Part shown: one piece after another, positions 18,418-27,620 of the stretch
Layout of the letters: each line of letters begins with the position of its first letter
Position numbering within the stretch: position 1 is the stretch's first letter
Assembly: GCA_913043225.1 (NCBI GenBank)
Contig: CAJWLU010000001.1
Location: forward strand, 224,001-288,000
Direction of reading: 5' to 3'
DNA length: 64,000 nucleotides
Origin: an uncultured Acidobacteriota bacterium
GTDB taxonomy: Bacteria > Acidobacteriota > Vicinamibacteria > Vicinamibacterales > UBA8438
Notes under the pieces: model-generated
The model's input: the letters and a program-made list of their open reading frames with translations, nothing else
Told to the model about the DNA's origin: nothing
Databases searched by the model: none
Position numbers and translations under genes: made by a program

Positions 18418-19887
18418 CTACGCCAGAATGCCGCGGATCGGGTGACCGTCGACGTCGGCCAGGCGGAAGTCACGGCCGCCGAAGCGATAAGTGAGGTTAC
18501 GGTAGTCGAGGCCGAGCAGGGTGAGCACCGTGGCGTGGAGATCGCGCACGGTGTGCGAATTCTCGACCACCCGGTAGCCGTATTCGTCGGTCTGACCGTA
18601 GATGAACCCTTTCTTGAGACCGCCCCCAGCCATCCACAAACTGAAGCCGTACGGGTTGTGGTCGCGGCCGTTAGTGCCCTGCACGAACGGAGTTCGGCCG
18701 AACTCGCCCGAAAAGATGACCAACGTCTTGTCGAGCAGGCCCCTCGACTTTAGGTCCTTCACCAGCCCGGCCACCGGCTGGTCGACGGTGAGCGCGTTAG
18801 CCGTATGCCCCTCGACCAGCTTGGTGTGCTGATCCCACGGATTGGCCGCCTGCCCCATACCATCAGTGCCGACCATGGTCAGCTCCACGAAGCGGACCCC
18901 GCGCTCGACCAGGCGACGCGCCACCAGACACTGACGACCGTAGGCAGCCGTAGAAGCGTTGGACGAATCCATACCGTAGAGACGTTTGGTGACCTCGGTT
19001 TCCTGCGATAGGTCTACCAACTCTGGCACCGCCGTCTGCATCCGGTAGGCGATCTCGTAGTTGTCGATCGCCGCCTCCACCTGTGGGTCGCCACCGATCC
19101 GGTTCACGAAGGTCTGGTCCAGATCGGCGATCAAGCCAAGGCGCTTGCGCTGCTCCAGGTCGGTCTCCTGCGGCTGGACGTTGTTCAGTGGTTCGGCGTT
19201 CTCCGGATAGATGAATGAGCCCTGGTGGATGGCCGGCAGGAATCCGTTACCGTAGACGTTGACTCCGCCCAGCGGGATACCGCCGCTTCCCAGCACCACG
19301 AAGCCGGGCAGATTTTGGTTCTCGCTGCCCAGACCATAGGTAACCCAGGCGCCCATACTCGGGAACCCATTGAACGGCATCCCGGCGTGGAAATAGAAGT
19401 TGGCCTGCGCATGCTCCATGAACGGTGCCGTCATGGAGCGGATCACGGTCAGTTCGTCCGCCACGCTCCCGATGTGAGGAAACAGCGCGCTCACCGGAAT
19501 ACCGCTCTGGCCGTAGTTAGTGAAATCCCAGGGACTGGGCAGAATGTTACCGTCCTCATTGAACATCGTCCGTTCGGTCTGGAACGGCATCGGCTCACCC
19601 GCCTCTGCCGCCAGCCGCGGCTTGGGGTCGAACGAGTCGATGTGGGACAGCCCGCCGGACATATAGCAGAAGATGACGTTCTTGACCTTCGGCGCGAAGT
19701 GCGGCGGCTTGGCGGCCTGTGGCCCGTCGGTCGCCTCCTGCCTGAGACCCGCGAACGCTCCGTCAGCCATGAGCGCCTGCAACGCGAGAAATCCGAACCC
19801 GGTCGAGGTGTTGCGCAGCATCTCACGCCGAGTCTGGAACGGCCGCTGCGCCGGGTGATCGCGATGATGACGGGAATCGAAACACAT
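18418..19887 (-). CDS. DUF1501 protein with Tat-like signal
   Basis: TRREMLRNTSTGFG, HFAPKVKNVIFCYMSGGLSHIDSFDPKP, PSMGAWVTYGLGSEN, LVERGVRFVEL, GEFGRTP, GRDHNP. Confidence 0.9.
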   Translation of the reverse strand: MCFDSRHHRDHPAQRPFQTRREMLRNTSTGFGFLALQALMADGAFAGLRQEATDGPQAAKPPHFAPKVKNVIFCYMSGGLSHIDSFDPKPRLAAEAGEPMPFQTERTMFNEDGNILPSPWDFTNYGQSGIPVSALFPHIGSVADELTVIRSMTAPFMEHAQANFYFHAGMPFNGFPSMGAWVTYGLGSENQNLPGFVVLGSGGIPLGGVNVYGNGFLPAIHQGSFIYPENAEPLNNVQPQETDLEQRKRLGLIADLDQTFVNRIGGDPQVEAAIDNYEIAYRMQTAVPELVDLSQETEVTKRLYGMDSSNASTAAYGRQCLVARRLVERGVRFVELTMVGTDGMGQAANPWDQHTKLVEGHTANALTVDQPVAGLVKDLKSRGLLDKTLVIFSGEFGRTPFVQGTNGRDHNPYGFSLWMAGGGLKKGFIYGQTDEYGYRVVENSHTVRDLHATVLTLLGLDYRNLTYRFGGRDFRLADVDGHPIRGILA

Positions 19888-19895
19888 GACCTCGG

Positions 19896-22800
19896 CTACC
19901 TGATGAAGAGGTACTCCTTGAGGTTGAACAAGCTGTGTGCCACGTCCTGCCAAACCTCGGCGTCGTACAGCAGCAGTTCGGTCGAGGTCCCGCGCTCAAT
20001 CGCCGCGCCTTCCAGATACTCGACCAAACGAGTCCGCTCGTTCGGCGACGGCCGGCGAGTGAACGTCTTGAAATACATGTGATCCAAGCGCCCCTCAACC
20101 GTGCCGGCCTCACCCTCCGCCAGCCGGCGGCCCCACTCGGCAGCCTGGCCGATGACAAAAGGACTATTAAGCAGCGTCAGCGACTGGGCGGGCACGTTGG
20201 TCGAGTCGCGCTGCCCTCGCGTCGACGACGGTTTCGGTTGGTCGAACACCTGTAGGAACGGGTTGTAGGCGTTCCGCCGGATCTCCTGGTAGATGCTGCG
20301 GCGCCCGTCGCCGTCGACCGGACCATTGTTGGGATCCCCCTCGGTCATCCCGTGACGCTCGGCATAGTGCACCGGTACCGACGGCCCGAACAGGGTCCGG
20401 TCGAGACGGCCGGAGACCGCCAGCATCGAGTCACGGATCGCTTCGGCATCGAGCCGCCTAAGGTTCGCGTGCTGCAGCAAGCGATTATCAGGATCCCGTC
20501 CGATCGATGCAGGCGAGGCGTCGCTGCTCATTCGGTAGGTCTCGGTCGACACGAGCCGCCGGACGAGACGCTTCACCGAGTAGCCGTCATTGGCGAAATC
20601 GAGCGCTAGGGTATCCAGCAGCTCGGGATGCGACGGAGCATCGCCCAACCGGCCGAAGTTGTCGACGGTACGAACCAGACCATAGCCGAACAGATGCCGC
20701 CAGATCCGGTTCACCGCCACCCGAGCGGTAAGAGGGTTACTCGGATCGGTGATCGCCTCAGCCAGCCGGAGTCGCACCTGAGTCGGGGCCGCGTAGGGCT
20801 CTGGGTCCAACGCCGTCAGAAACGCTCTGGGCACCGGATCGCTGAAGTTCTTGTGACTCCCGCGTACGAGCAATGGGTGATCGGGCGAACCCTCTTCGAC
20901 CACGCCGGGCACCCGGCGTGCCACCGGCACGTCCCGTTCGAGCAGCCGATACGCACTGGCCCGCCCGCGGAGCGACTCGAGGGTCTCAAGCGAACGCGGC
21001 AACAGATCAGCCCGCACCGCCTCGTCCAAGAACGCGGCTTGTCGCTCGGTCAACACACCGTCACGCCAGTCGGTCACCACCGCTCGGAGCGACGCTGCGA
21101 TTGCCTCCGCCAGCTCACCAGCCGTCCGAATCTCGTCGCCGTCCGTCGCATCGAGCAAGTGCAGCAGCGGGACCTCGGTGCTCCGTGGCGTGGCCTCTCG
21201 GTCGTGGAATACCACCTGTCTCACGCCGATGGCCGACCGACCGTCACTTCGCCGGGTTGGCCGATTCGTCTCACGCTGATCCTCGGCGTCGAGCATGAAC
21301 TGGGTCACGTCGTTCTGGGTAGCGAACTCTATGTAGGCCGAGAACCCCTTCCAGAAGCTGACGTCCCACTGCACCCAGGTCATCTCGTCTCGCTTGGGAC
21401 TCGAACGGTTCTCGTAGATGCCCCCCCTGGGCACCGCGTAGTTCTCGATAATCAAGTTCGCGAAGCTGAGGTTGCCCCCAAGCATCTGGAAACTGATGAA
21501 GTCCTGGCCGATAGTGAACCGAGGGGTCTGGATCACACCCGCATGCTTGTCGCTCAGCAGGTGCGTATAAGCTCCACCCGGGTAGATCCCGTTAAGTAGG
21601 CGGTCACCCCGCCGCTCGACCACGAACTCCCCAGGCGCCGACGGCTCGTCGGGCCGCCCAGTACCATGCCCGACGGTATCGGCATAGTCGGCGCCGCTAA
21701 AGTCCCAGCCCGGAGTAAACTCGGCGGCGTTAAATCGCTTCCGCTCCTCGATCTCGCGCGTCCAGTCGGCGCGGAGCGTCGACCACGACTGCACAAAGCG
21801 GTCGGGCACCTCAGCGGCCAGTGCCTGCCACACCGCCAGCACACTGCCCTCCCTCGCACCACCCTCTTCGCTCTCGGGCGTTCCAGACCCCTCCGCGGCG
21901 CGCTCGGCTAGGACCGCTGGGACCTCATCGATCGCCGTCAGCCAGACGCTAGCCAGCCGGCGACGAATGTCTGCCTTGGACTCGGCCAAGGCGTCCCGGT
22001 TGGTGGCTAGTCGCGCCGGGGTGTCGATAGCCCGCTGCGTTGGACGAGCCCCATACAAGGTGCCGAAGAGCGAGTAGTAGTCCTTCTGGCTGATCGCGTC
22101 GAACTTGTGGTCGTGACAACGGGCACAAGACACCGTTAGGCCGAGGAACGCCTTCGACACCACGTCGACCTGATTGTCGACCCACTTCACCCGGTCTTCC
22201 CACGGGTCGACCGGCTGGTAGCCGTGCTCTACCAGCCGATAGTGGGCCGTGCCGATGACCGATTCGTTGACGCCGGCTTCAGCGTCGACTCGCGGCTCGG
22301 ACAGCAGGTCGCCCGCCAGGTGCTCTCGAATAAGCTGGTCGTAAGGAAGGTCGGCGTTAAATGCGCGGATCAGATAGTCTCGATAGCGCCACGCTTCGGG
22401 AATGTCCGGGTCGCCTTCGCTCCCATGCGACTCGCTGTAGCGGACCAGGTCCATCCAGTGCCGGGCCCAACGTTCGCCAAAGTGTGGCGAGGCAAGGAAC
22501 TGGTCCACCAGAGTCGCATAGGCGTCCGGCGCTTCGTCGGAGACAAACCGGGCCACCTCGGCGGGCGTGGGGGGCAGTCCCTGCAGGTCGAACGACAGCC
22601 GTCGAATCAGGGCTTCACGACCGACGGGCGCGGCCGGCGTCAGCCCTTCGCGGTCAAGAGTCGAACGGATGAACTGGTCGACGACGTTCCGGTTCCACGT
22701 CTGATCGGCCACCGTCGAGGGAACCGAGCGGGTCGCCGGCTGCCAGGCCCAATGGGTTTGCCGACGCTCTTCGAGATCGAATGGTGCTGATGGATCCGGC

Positions 22801-23204
22801 ATCGAGGCGGCGCCGGCGGCCGCCTCTGGCCAAAGTGCACCCCTGTCGATCCACTCGACCAGTGCCGCGATGTCCGCCTCGGCCAGCGCCCCGGTGGGCG
22901 GCATCAGCATCGGCCGGCCGTGCAGCCGCTCAACCAGCTCGCTGGCCGCCGCATCTCCGGGCACCACCGCCGGCCCCGTATCGCCTCCCGCTAGCAGCCC
23001 CTCGCGGCTGTCGAGCCGCAATCCGCCGAACGGCGTGGACGCACGTCCGCTATGACACTGGTAGCAGTTGTCGGCGAGGAGCGGCCGGATCCTGGACTCG
23101 AACAGCTCAGCCTGATCCGCGGTCGGAGACGGTTGGGCCAAGACCGGACCCGCCGCCACGACCAGTAAGCACGCGACGCGCCGTCGGAGAGGAGTGACCA
23201 ACAT
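19896..23204 (-). CDS. PSD1/planctomycete cytochrome c protein (PSCyt1 + DUF1549 + DUF1553)
   Basis: FESRIRPLLADNCYQCH, HWAW, LIRRLSFDLQGLPPT, GERWARHWMD, CARCHDHKFD, NPLTARVAVNRIW, PSHPELLD, STNVPAQSL. Confidence 0.9.
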   Translation of the reverse strand: MLVTPLRRRVACLLVVAAGPVLAQPSPTADQAELFESRIRPLLADNCYQCHSGRASTPFGGLRLDSREGLLAGGDTGPAVVPGDAAASELVERLHGRPMLMPPTGALAEADIAALVEWIDRGALWPEAAAGAASMPDPSAPFDLEERRQTHWAWQPATRSVPSTVADQTWNRNVVDQFIRSTLDREGLTPAAPVGREALIRRLSFDLQGLPPTPAEVARFVSDEAPDAYATLVDQFLASPHFGERWARHWMDLVRYSESHGSEGDPDIPEAWRYRDYLIRAFNADLPYDQLIREHLAGDLLSEPRVDAEAGVNESVIGTAHYRLVEHGYQPVDPWEDRVKWVDNQVDVVSKAFLGLTVSCARCHDHKFDAISQKDYYSLFGTLYGARPTQRAIDTPARLATNRDALAESKADIRRRLASVWLTAIDEVPAVLAERAAEGSGTPESEEGGAREGSVLAVWQALAAEVPDRFVQSWSTLRADWTREIEERKRFNAAEFTPGWDFSGADYADTVGHGTGRPDEPSAPGEFVVERRGDRLLNGIYPGGAYTHLLSDKHAGVIQTPRFTIGQDFISFQMLGGNLSFANLIIENYAVPRGGIYENRSSPKRDEMTWVQWDVSFWKGFSAYIEFATQNDVTQFMLDAEDQRETNRPTRRSDGRSAIGVRQVVFHDREATPRSTEVPLLHLLDATDGDEIRTAGELAEAIAASLRAVVTDWRDGVLTERQAAFLDEAVRADLLPRSLETLESLRGRASAYRLLERDVPVARRVPGVVEEGSPDHPLLVRGSHKNFSDPVPRAFLTALDPEPYAAPTQVRLRLAEAITDPSNPLTARVAVNRIWRHLFGYGLVRTVDNFGRLGDAPSHPELLDTLALDFANDGYSVKRLVRRLVSTETYRMSSDASPASIGRDPDNRLLQHANLRRLDAEAIRDSMLAVSGRLDRTLFGPSVPVHYAERHGMTEGDPNNGPVDGDGRRSIYQEIRRNAYNPFLQVFDQPKPSSTRGQRDSTNVPAQSLTLLNSPFVIGQAAEWGRRLAEGEAGTVEGRLDHMYFKTFTRRPSPNERTRLVEYLEGAAIERGTSTELLLYDAEVWQDVAHSLFNLKEYLFIR

Positions 23205-23337
23205 GTGTAGACAGCCCGTACAGAAATCTATGCGAATCCACGTACTGTACCGCCGGCCGAGGTCGGTGGCAACCGGGGCAACCTACCCAATCGTCCCCCT
23301 GTGGTAGGGTCGACCGAGCCGTCAGTAGAGGCGTGAG

Positions 23338-23709
23338 ATGGAACAGATACGCGTGGTGACCGGCAACCTCACGGTGACGGCCACACTCAACGATTCGCCG
23401 ACCGCCGACGCCCTGTGGGCGGCGCTGCCGATCACGGGCCGCGTCCAAACCTGGGGTGACGAGATCTACTTCTCGATACCAGTTCAAGCGGAAGAAGCCG
23501 AAGACGCACAGGAAACGGTGGATAAGGGCGCCGTCGCCTTCTGGCCGCCCGGCAACGCGCTGTGCCTGTTCTGGGGGCCCACCCCGATGAGCCGTGGCGA
23601 TGAGATCCGCCCGGCCAGTAAAGTGAACGTGATCGGTCAGATCGACGGCGACCCGACGGTCCTTGCGGCCGCCGCCGACGGCGCCGCGATCAGCATCGAG
23701 CGGTCCTGA
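23338..23709 (+). CDS. Cyclophilin-like fold protein (DUF369/TM1367-like)
   Basis: LNDSPTA...ALPI...WGDEIYF, GAVAFWPPGNALCLFWGPTP, PASKVNVIG; SD GAGG. Confidence 0.8.
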   Translation: MEQIRVVTGNLTVTATLNDSPTADALWAALPITGRVQTWGDEIYFSIPVQAEEAEDAQETVDKGAVAFWPPGNALCLFWGPTPMSRGDEIRPASKVNVIGQIDGDPTVLAAAADGAAISIERS

Positions 23710-23754
23710 TCGCTGAAGGTCTCTCAGCCGGACGTCGACCGGAACGACACGCGA

Positions 23755-26430
23755 ATGACTCGACCCCTCGGCCCGCTCGTCGGTCTACTCGCCGTGTGGG
23801 TATCGATCCTGCCCGTCGCCACCTTTGCACAAGGGACCACGGTCTCGATCCAGCCGTTCACCAACCTCACTGGGGACCCTCGCGACTCTTGGATTGGTGC
23901 CGGGATCGCCGAGACGCTGGCATCCGACCTGCAGGGACCAGGCTTCGAGGTGGTCCTGGGTGACCAGATGGTCGCGACGCGAGTCGTCCGTGGCGCCTAC
24001 CAGCGGCTCGGCGACCAGATTCGGATCACCGCCCGGCTCGTTGACGTTTCCACCGGCGTCGTGATCCGTGGCGCGACGATCGACGGGGTCATGCGCGACC
24101 TGTTCGACCTGCAAGACCGTCTGACGAAGGAACTGTCGGAGCCAGCCGCTCCGAGCACGCCGACGCTGCCCCCCAGGCCTCGACCCCACCTCCCTCCCTC
24201 CACGACGTCGCCTACGACTGTAGCCGTTCCAGGCCTGCCCGTGTCGTTCGACGGTCCGGCACCACCGGTCGCGCCGGCGGTGATCAGCCGGGACGACCGC
24301 GGAGGAGCGACGGTCCGGGCAGTCCGGCTCGAAGACCGGCTCGTCGTCGACGGCGCCCTCGACGAGGCGGTCTACACGACGGTGCCGTCGTTTGGCGGGT
24401 TCATCCAGATGGAGCCTGCCGCGGGAGCGCCGGCTACCGAACGCACCGAGGCGTGGGTGCTGTTCGATGACACAAATCTTTATATCGTGGCGCGGCTCTG
24501 GGATGCGGCCCCCGAGTCGGAGTGGATAGTCAACGAGATGCGACGTGACAGCAACAACCTCTCACAGAACGAGGGGGTCGCGATTCTGCTCGACACGTTC
24601 TACGACCGTCGCAACGGCAACTTCTTCACGATCAGCCCGATCGGCGGGCGGGCCGATGGTCAGGTGAGCAACGAGCGCGGATACAACCGTGACTGGAACC
24701 CGGTATGGGCGGTCGAGACCGGACGGTTCGCCGGGGGGTGGACATTCGAAGCGGCGTTCCCCTTCAAGTCGATGCGCTACCGCCCGGGACAGGAGCAGGT
24801 GTGGGGTCTGCAGCTGCGGCGGCGCGTCCGACACAAGAACGAGACCTCGTTCCTCACCACGCTGGACCCCGGGCTTGGCCAGACAGCGATCTTTCAGGTG
24901 TCGCGGTCGGCGACCCTGGTGGGCCTGGAGGCACCGGTGAGCGGCCGCGCGATCGAGATCAAGCCCTACGTCATCGGCGACCTCAGCTCGGATCTGAACG
25001 CCTCGCCGGCCATCTCAAACCGGCTGGGTGGCGATGTGGGGCTGGACCTCAAGTACGGCATCACCGAGAACCTAACGGCCGACGTCACCATCAATACCGA
25101 CTTCGCCCAGGTCGAGGCGGACGAGCAGCAGGTTAACCTCACGCGTTTCAGCCTGTTCTTCCCCGAGAAGCGCGAGTTCTTTCTCGAGAACCAGGGCACG
25201 TTCAGCTTCGGCGGCTCGTCGGGGCGGCGGGGCGACACCCCGGTGCTGTTCTACAGCCGGCGGATTGGCCTGAACCAAGGGCGGGAGGTGCCGATCGTCG
25301 CCGGGGGCCGTCTGACGGGCCGGGTCGGCCGCTTCAGCCTCGGGCTGATCAACATCCAGACTGACGACGAGCCGGTCGGCGGCGCCTTGAGCACCAACTT
25401 CATGGTGGCTCGCCTCAAACGTGACCTCCTTCGACGAAGCAGTGTCGGCGTCATCATGACCCACCGCTCGGTGCTCGCCGACGGGTCTGGCGACGGGCAG
25501 ACGTTCGGGGCCGACGCGACCTTCGCCTTTTTCGAGAACCTGACGCTGGGCGCCTACTGGGCGAGAACCCGCACCCCTGGACGGGACGGGCAGGACACGA
25601 GCTACAACGCGACCCTCCGCTACGACGGAGACCGGTACGGAGCGACCCTGGGACACCTGTTCGTCGCCCCGCAGTTCGCGCCGGCGGTCGGATTCGTCCG
25701 CCGGGACGACTTTCGCAAGAGTGACGGGTCGCTCCGGTTCAGCCCCCGTCCGCGCGGGCTCGCGGCCGTGCGCAAGTTCACCTACGAGGGCTCCTACACC
25801 TACGTCACCGATTCGGAGGACCTCGTCGAAACGCGTGAAGCCCAGGGGCTGTTCGAGACCGAATTCGAGAACAGCGACACCTTCGAGCTCAGCTACACCT
25901 CGACCTACGACTTTCTCAAGGAGGGGTTCACCATTGCGCCTGACGTCACCATTCCGGTGGGCGGCTACGACTTCTGGAACGCTCGCACAGCGTTCCGACT
26001 TGGCCAGCAACGCCGCATGTCGGGGTTGGTGTTCGCCGAACACGGCACGTTCTACGGCGGGAAGAAGACGACGATCGGGTTTGGCGGAGGTTCGTTCGGC
26101 GGACGGGTCGAACTGACCCCGCGGTTCTCATTCGAACCGGGACTGTCGTTCAACTGGATTGACTTGCCTCAGGGCAGCTTCCTGACCCGGCTCGTCACCA
26201 CCCGAACGACCTTCACCATCAGCCCGGCGATGTTCGTCGGTGCCCTCGTCCAGCACAACTCAAGCAACAACGCCCTCAGCGCGAACGTCCGGCTCCGGTG
26301 GGAATATCAGCCAGGGAGCGAGCTGTTTATCGTCTACACCGAGCAGCGCGACACCCTGGCACCGGGGGCAATCCCTCAGCTCGAGAATCGGGCACTGGTC
26401 GTCAAGATCAACGGGCTGCTGCGGTTCTGA
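23755..26430 (+). CDS. DUF5916/CBM9-like outer-membrane protein with N-terminal TolB-N/CsgG-like domain
   Basis: PFTNLTG...RITARLVDV domain, Pro-rich linker, VDGALDE...ATERTE, DLKYG...NTDFAQVEADEQQVNLTRFSLFFPEKREFFLEN, C-terminal Phe. Confidence 0.8.
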   Translation: MTRPLGPLVGLLAVWVSILPVATFAQGTTVSIQPFTNLTGDPRDSWIGAGIAETLASDLQGPGFEVVLGDQMVATRVVRGAYQRLGDQIRITARLVDVSTGVVIRGATIDGVMRDLFDLQDRLTKELSEPAAPSTPTLPPRPRPHLPPSTTSPTTVAVPGLPVSFDGPAPPVAPAVISRDDRGGATVRAVRLEDRLVVDGALDEAVYTTVPSFGGFIQMEPAAGAPATERTEAWVLFDDTNLYIVARLWDAAPESEWIVNEMRRDSNNLSQNEGVAILLDTFYDRRNGNFFTISPIGGRADGQVSNERGYNRDWNPVWAVETGRFAGGWTFEAAFPFKSMRYRPGQEQVWGLQLRRRVRHKNETSFLTTLDPGLGQTAIFQVSRSATLVGLEAPVSGRAIEIKPYVIGDLSSDLNASPAISNRLGGDVGLDLKYGITENLTADVTINTDFAQVEADEQQVNLTRFSLFFPEKREFFLENQGTFSFGGSSGRRGDTPVLFYSRRIGLNQGREVPIVAGGRLTGRVGRFSLGLINIQTDDEPVGGALSTNFMVARLKRDLLRRSSVGVIMTHRSVLADGSGDGQTFGADATFAFFENLTLGAYWARTRTPGRDGQDTSYNATLRYDGDRYGATLGHLFVAPQFAPAVGFVRRDDFRKSDGSLRFSPRPRGLAAVRKFTYEGSYTYVTDSEDLVETREAQGLFETEFENSDTFELSYTSTYDFLKEGFTIAPDVTIPVGGYDFWNARTAFRLGQQRRMSGLVFAEHGTFYGGKKTTIGFGGGSFGGRVELTPRFSFEPGLSFNWIDLPQGSFLTRLVTTRTTFTISPAMFVGALVQHNSSNNALSANVRLRWEYQPGSELFIVYTEQRDTLAPGAIPQLENRALVVKINGLLRF

Positions 26431-26435
26431 GCGGG

Positions 26436-27416
26436 CTACCGCCCTAGCTCCTCCATCCGGGCACCACCGAGCGCATTGGGCACCGAGTAGTTGCCCTCGT
26501 GGCAGGCGTACTCGAACTGGAGATACTCGTCGTCCCGGTTGAAGGGAAACGCCGCGGTCCAAGGGGCGACGTAGGTCTCTTCGTCGTTCATGGTCACCGA
26601 GTAGCGGATCTCATCCGGACCCACAACGGTGAACCGTTCGACGATGTGCTGCTTCTCCGACTGGCGTGACCGGATGCCGGCGCTCGGCCCACGGATGTTC
26701 TTTACCGCCTTGAAATTGGTCGATTCGACGATGAGCGTGTTGCCCTCCCAGCGCCCACGGGGATCACCTTCCCACTGCTTGACCTTCGCATTCGCGTGCG
26801 GCCGATCGATCGGAATAATCCGGGCGTTATGGATCATCTCGCTGTGCATGACGACGTAGCCGGTTGACTGGAGGATCAGGGTACCGTTGTTGTACTCGGT
26901 CGGCATCATCATCCCGAGCACACCACGCGAGATGCACCGATCTCCAGACTCCATGTTGGTCGCCTGGTCGTGTAGCTGCGCCATATTCATGGCGACCGAC
27001 TCGCGCGCGTTCGCGGTGCGCTCGGGAATCCGGCCGTTCGGGGGATCAACAATGATCGACGGCTGTCCGATGGCCTCGGGTGTCTCCCAGTACCAGTCGA
27101 ACCAATAGAAACCGTAGCCGCCGACGCCGCTGGCATTCTCGTGCCCGCGCCATTCAGAGCTCTCGATCCGACCGCGCCCGCGCGCCTCGGCCCGGACCTG
27201 CAGCTCCTCGGAAGTCAGCTCCTGTCCAGCCAGTTCCTCGGGCAGCTCAAGTGGAGTGAAGACGGCCCGCGAGTTGTTCCACATGCCCATAATGTTGGGC
27301 TGCCCGTCGGCCAGCCGCTCAGGCTCCCACCCGTCGGATTGGGCCGCCACCGGTGCGGCGAGGCCTGTCGTCAGGAGACTGGCGCAGATTCCGCACTTCG
27401 TCAGGAAACGAGTCAT
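26436..27416 (-). CDS. Secreted hypothetical protein, ACHEGN family, copy 3
   Basis: Signal peptide; DGQPNIMGMW, DRCI, GRWEGNTLIVESTNF, IVERFT, FEYACHEGN. Confidence 0.85.
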   Translation of the reverse strand: MTRFLTKCGICASLLTTGLAAPVAAQSDGWEPERLADGQPNIMGMWNNSRAVFTPLELPEELAGQELTSEELQVRAEARGRGRIESSEWRGHENASGVGGYGFYWFDWYWETPEAIGQPSIIVDPPNGRIPERTANARESVAMNMAQLHDQATNMESGDRCISRGVLGMMMPTEYNNGTLILQSTGYVVMHSEMIHNARIIPIDRPHANAKVKQWEGDPRGRWEGNTLIVESTNFKAVKNIRGPSAGIRSRQSEKQHIVERFTVVGPDEIRYSVTMNDEETYVAPWTAAFPFNRDDEYLQFEYACHEGNYSVPNALGGARMEELGR

Positions 27417-27561
27417 CTCTGTCCCTCATGACTAGCTAGCCAGATAGAGGACGGACTCCGTTGACGCTACCGCACGGTGACCGTCACATCGACAGGTCGT
27501 AATGTGCCGCTCCCCCGGCCACAAGTCAAGACACCGCAGGCCAACGAAACGTGATGAAACC

Positions 27562-27570
27562 TGCTATAGT
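27562..27570 (+). promoter_or_regulatory. Candidate extended -10 element
   Basis: TGCTATAGT about 50 nt upstream of ATG 27621. Confidence 0.5.
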
Positions 27571-27620
27571 TCGGCGCTTTCTGCCCCTAACCTTCGTCTA
27601 GGAAGGGGTATTCCACCTTC

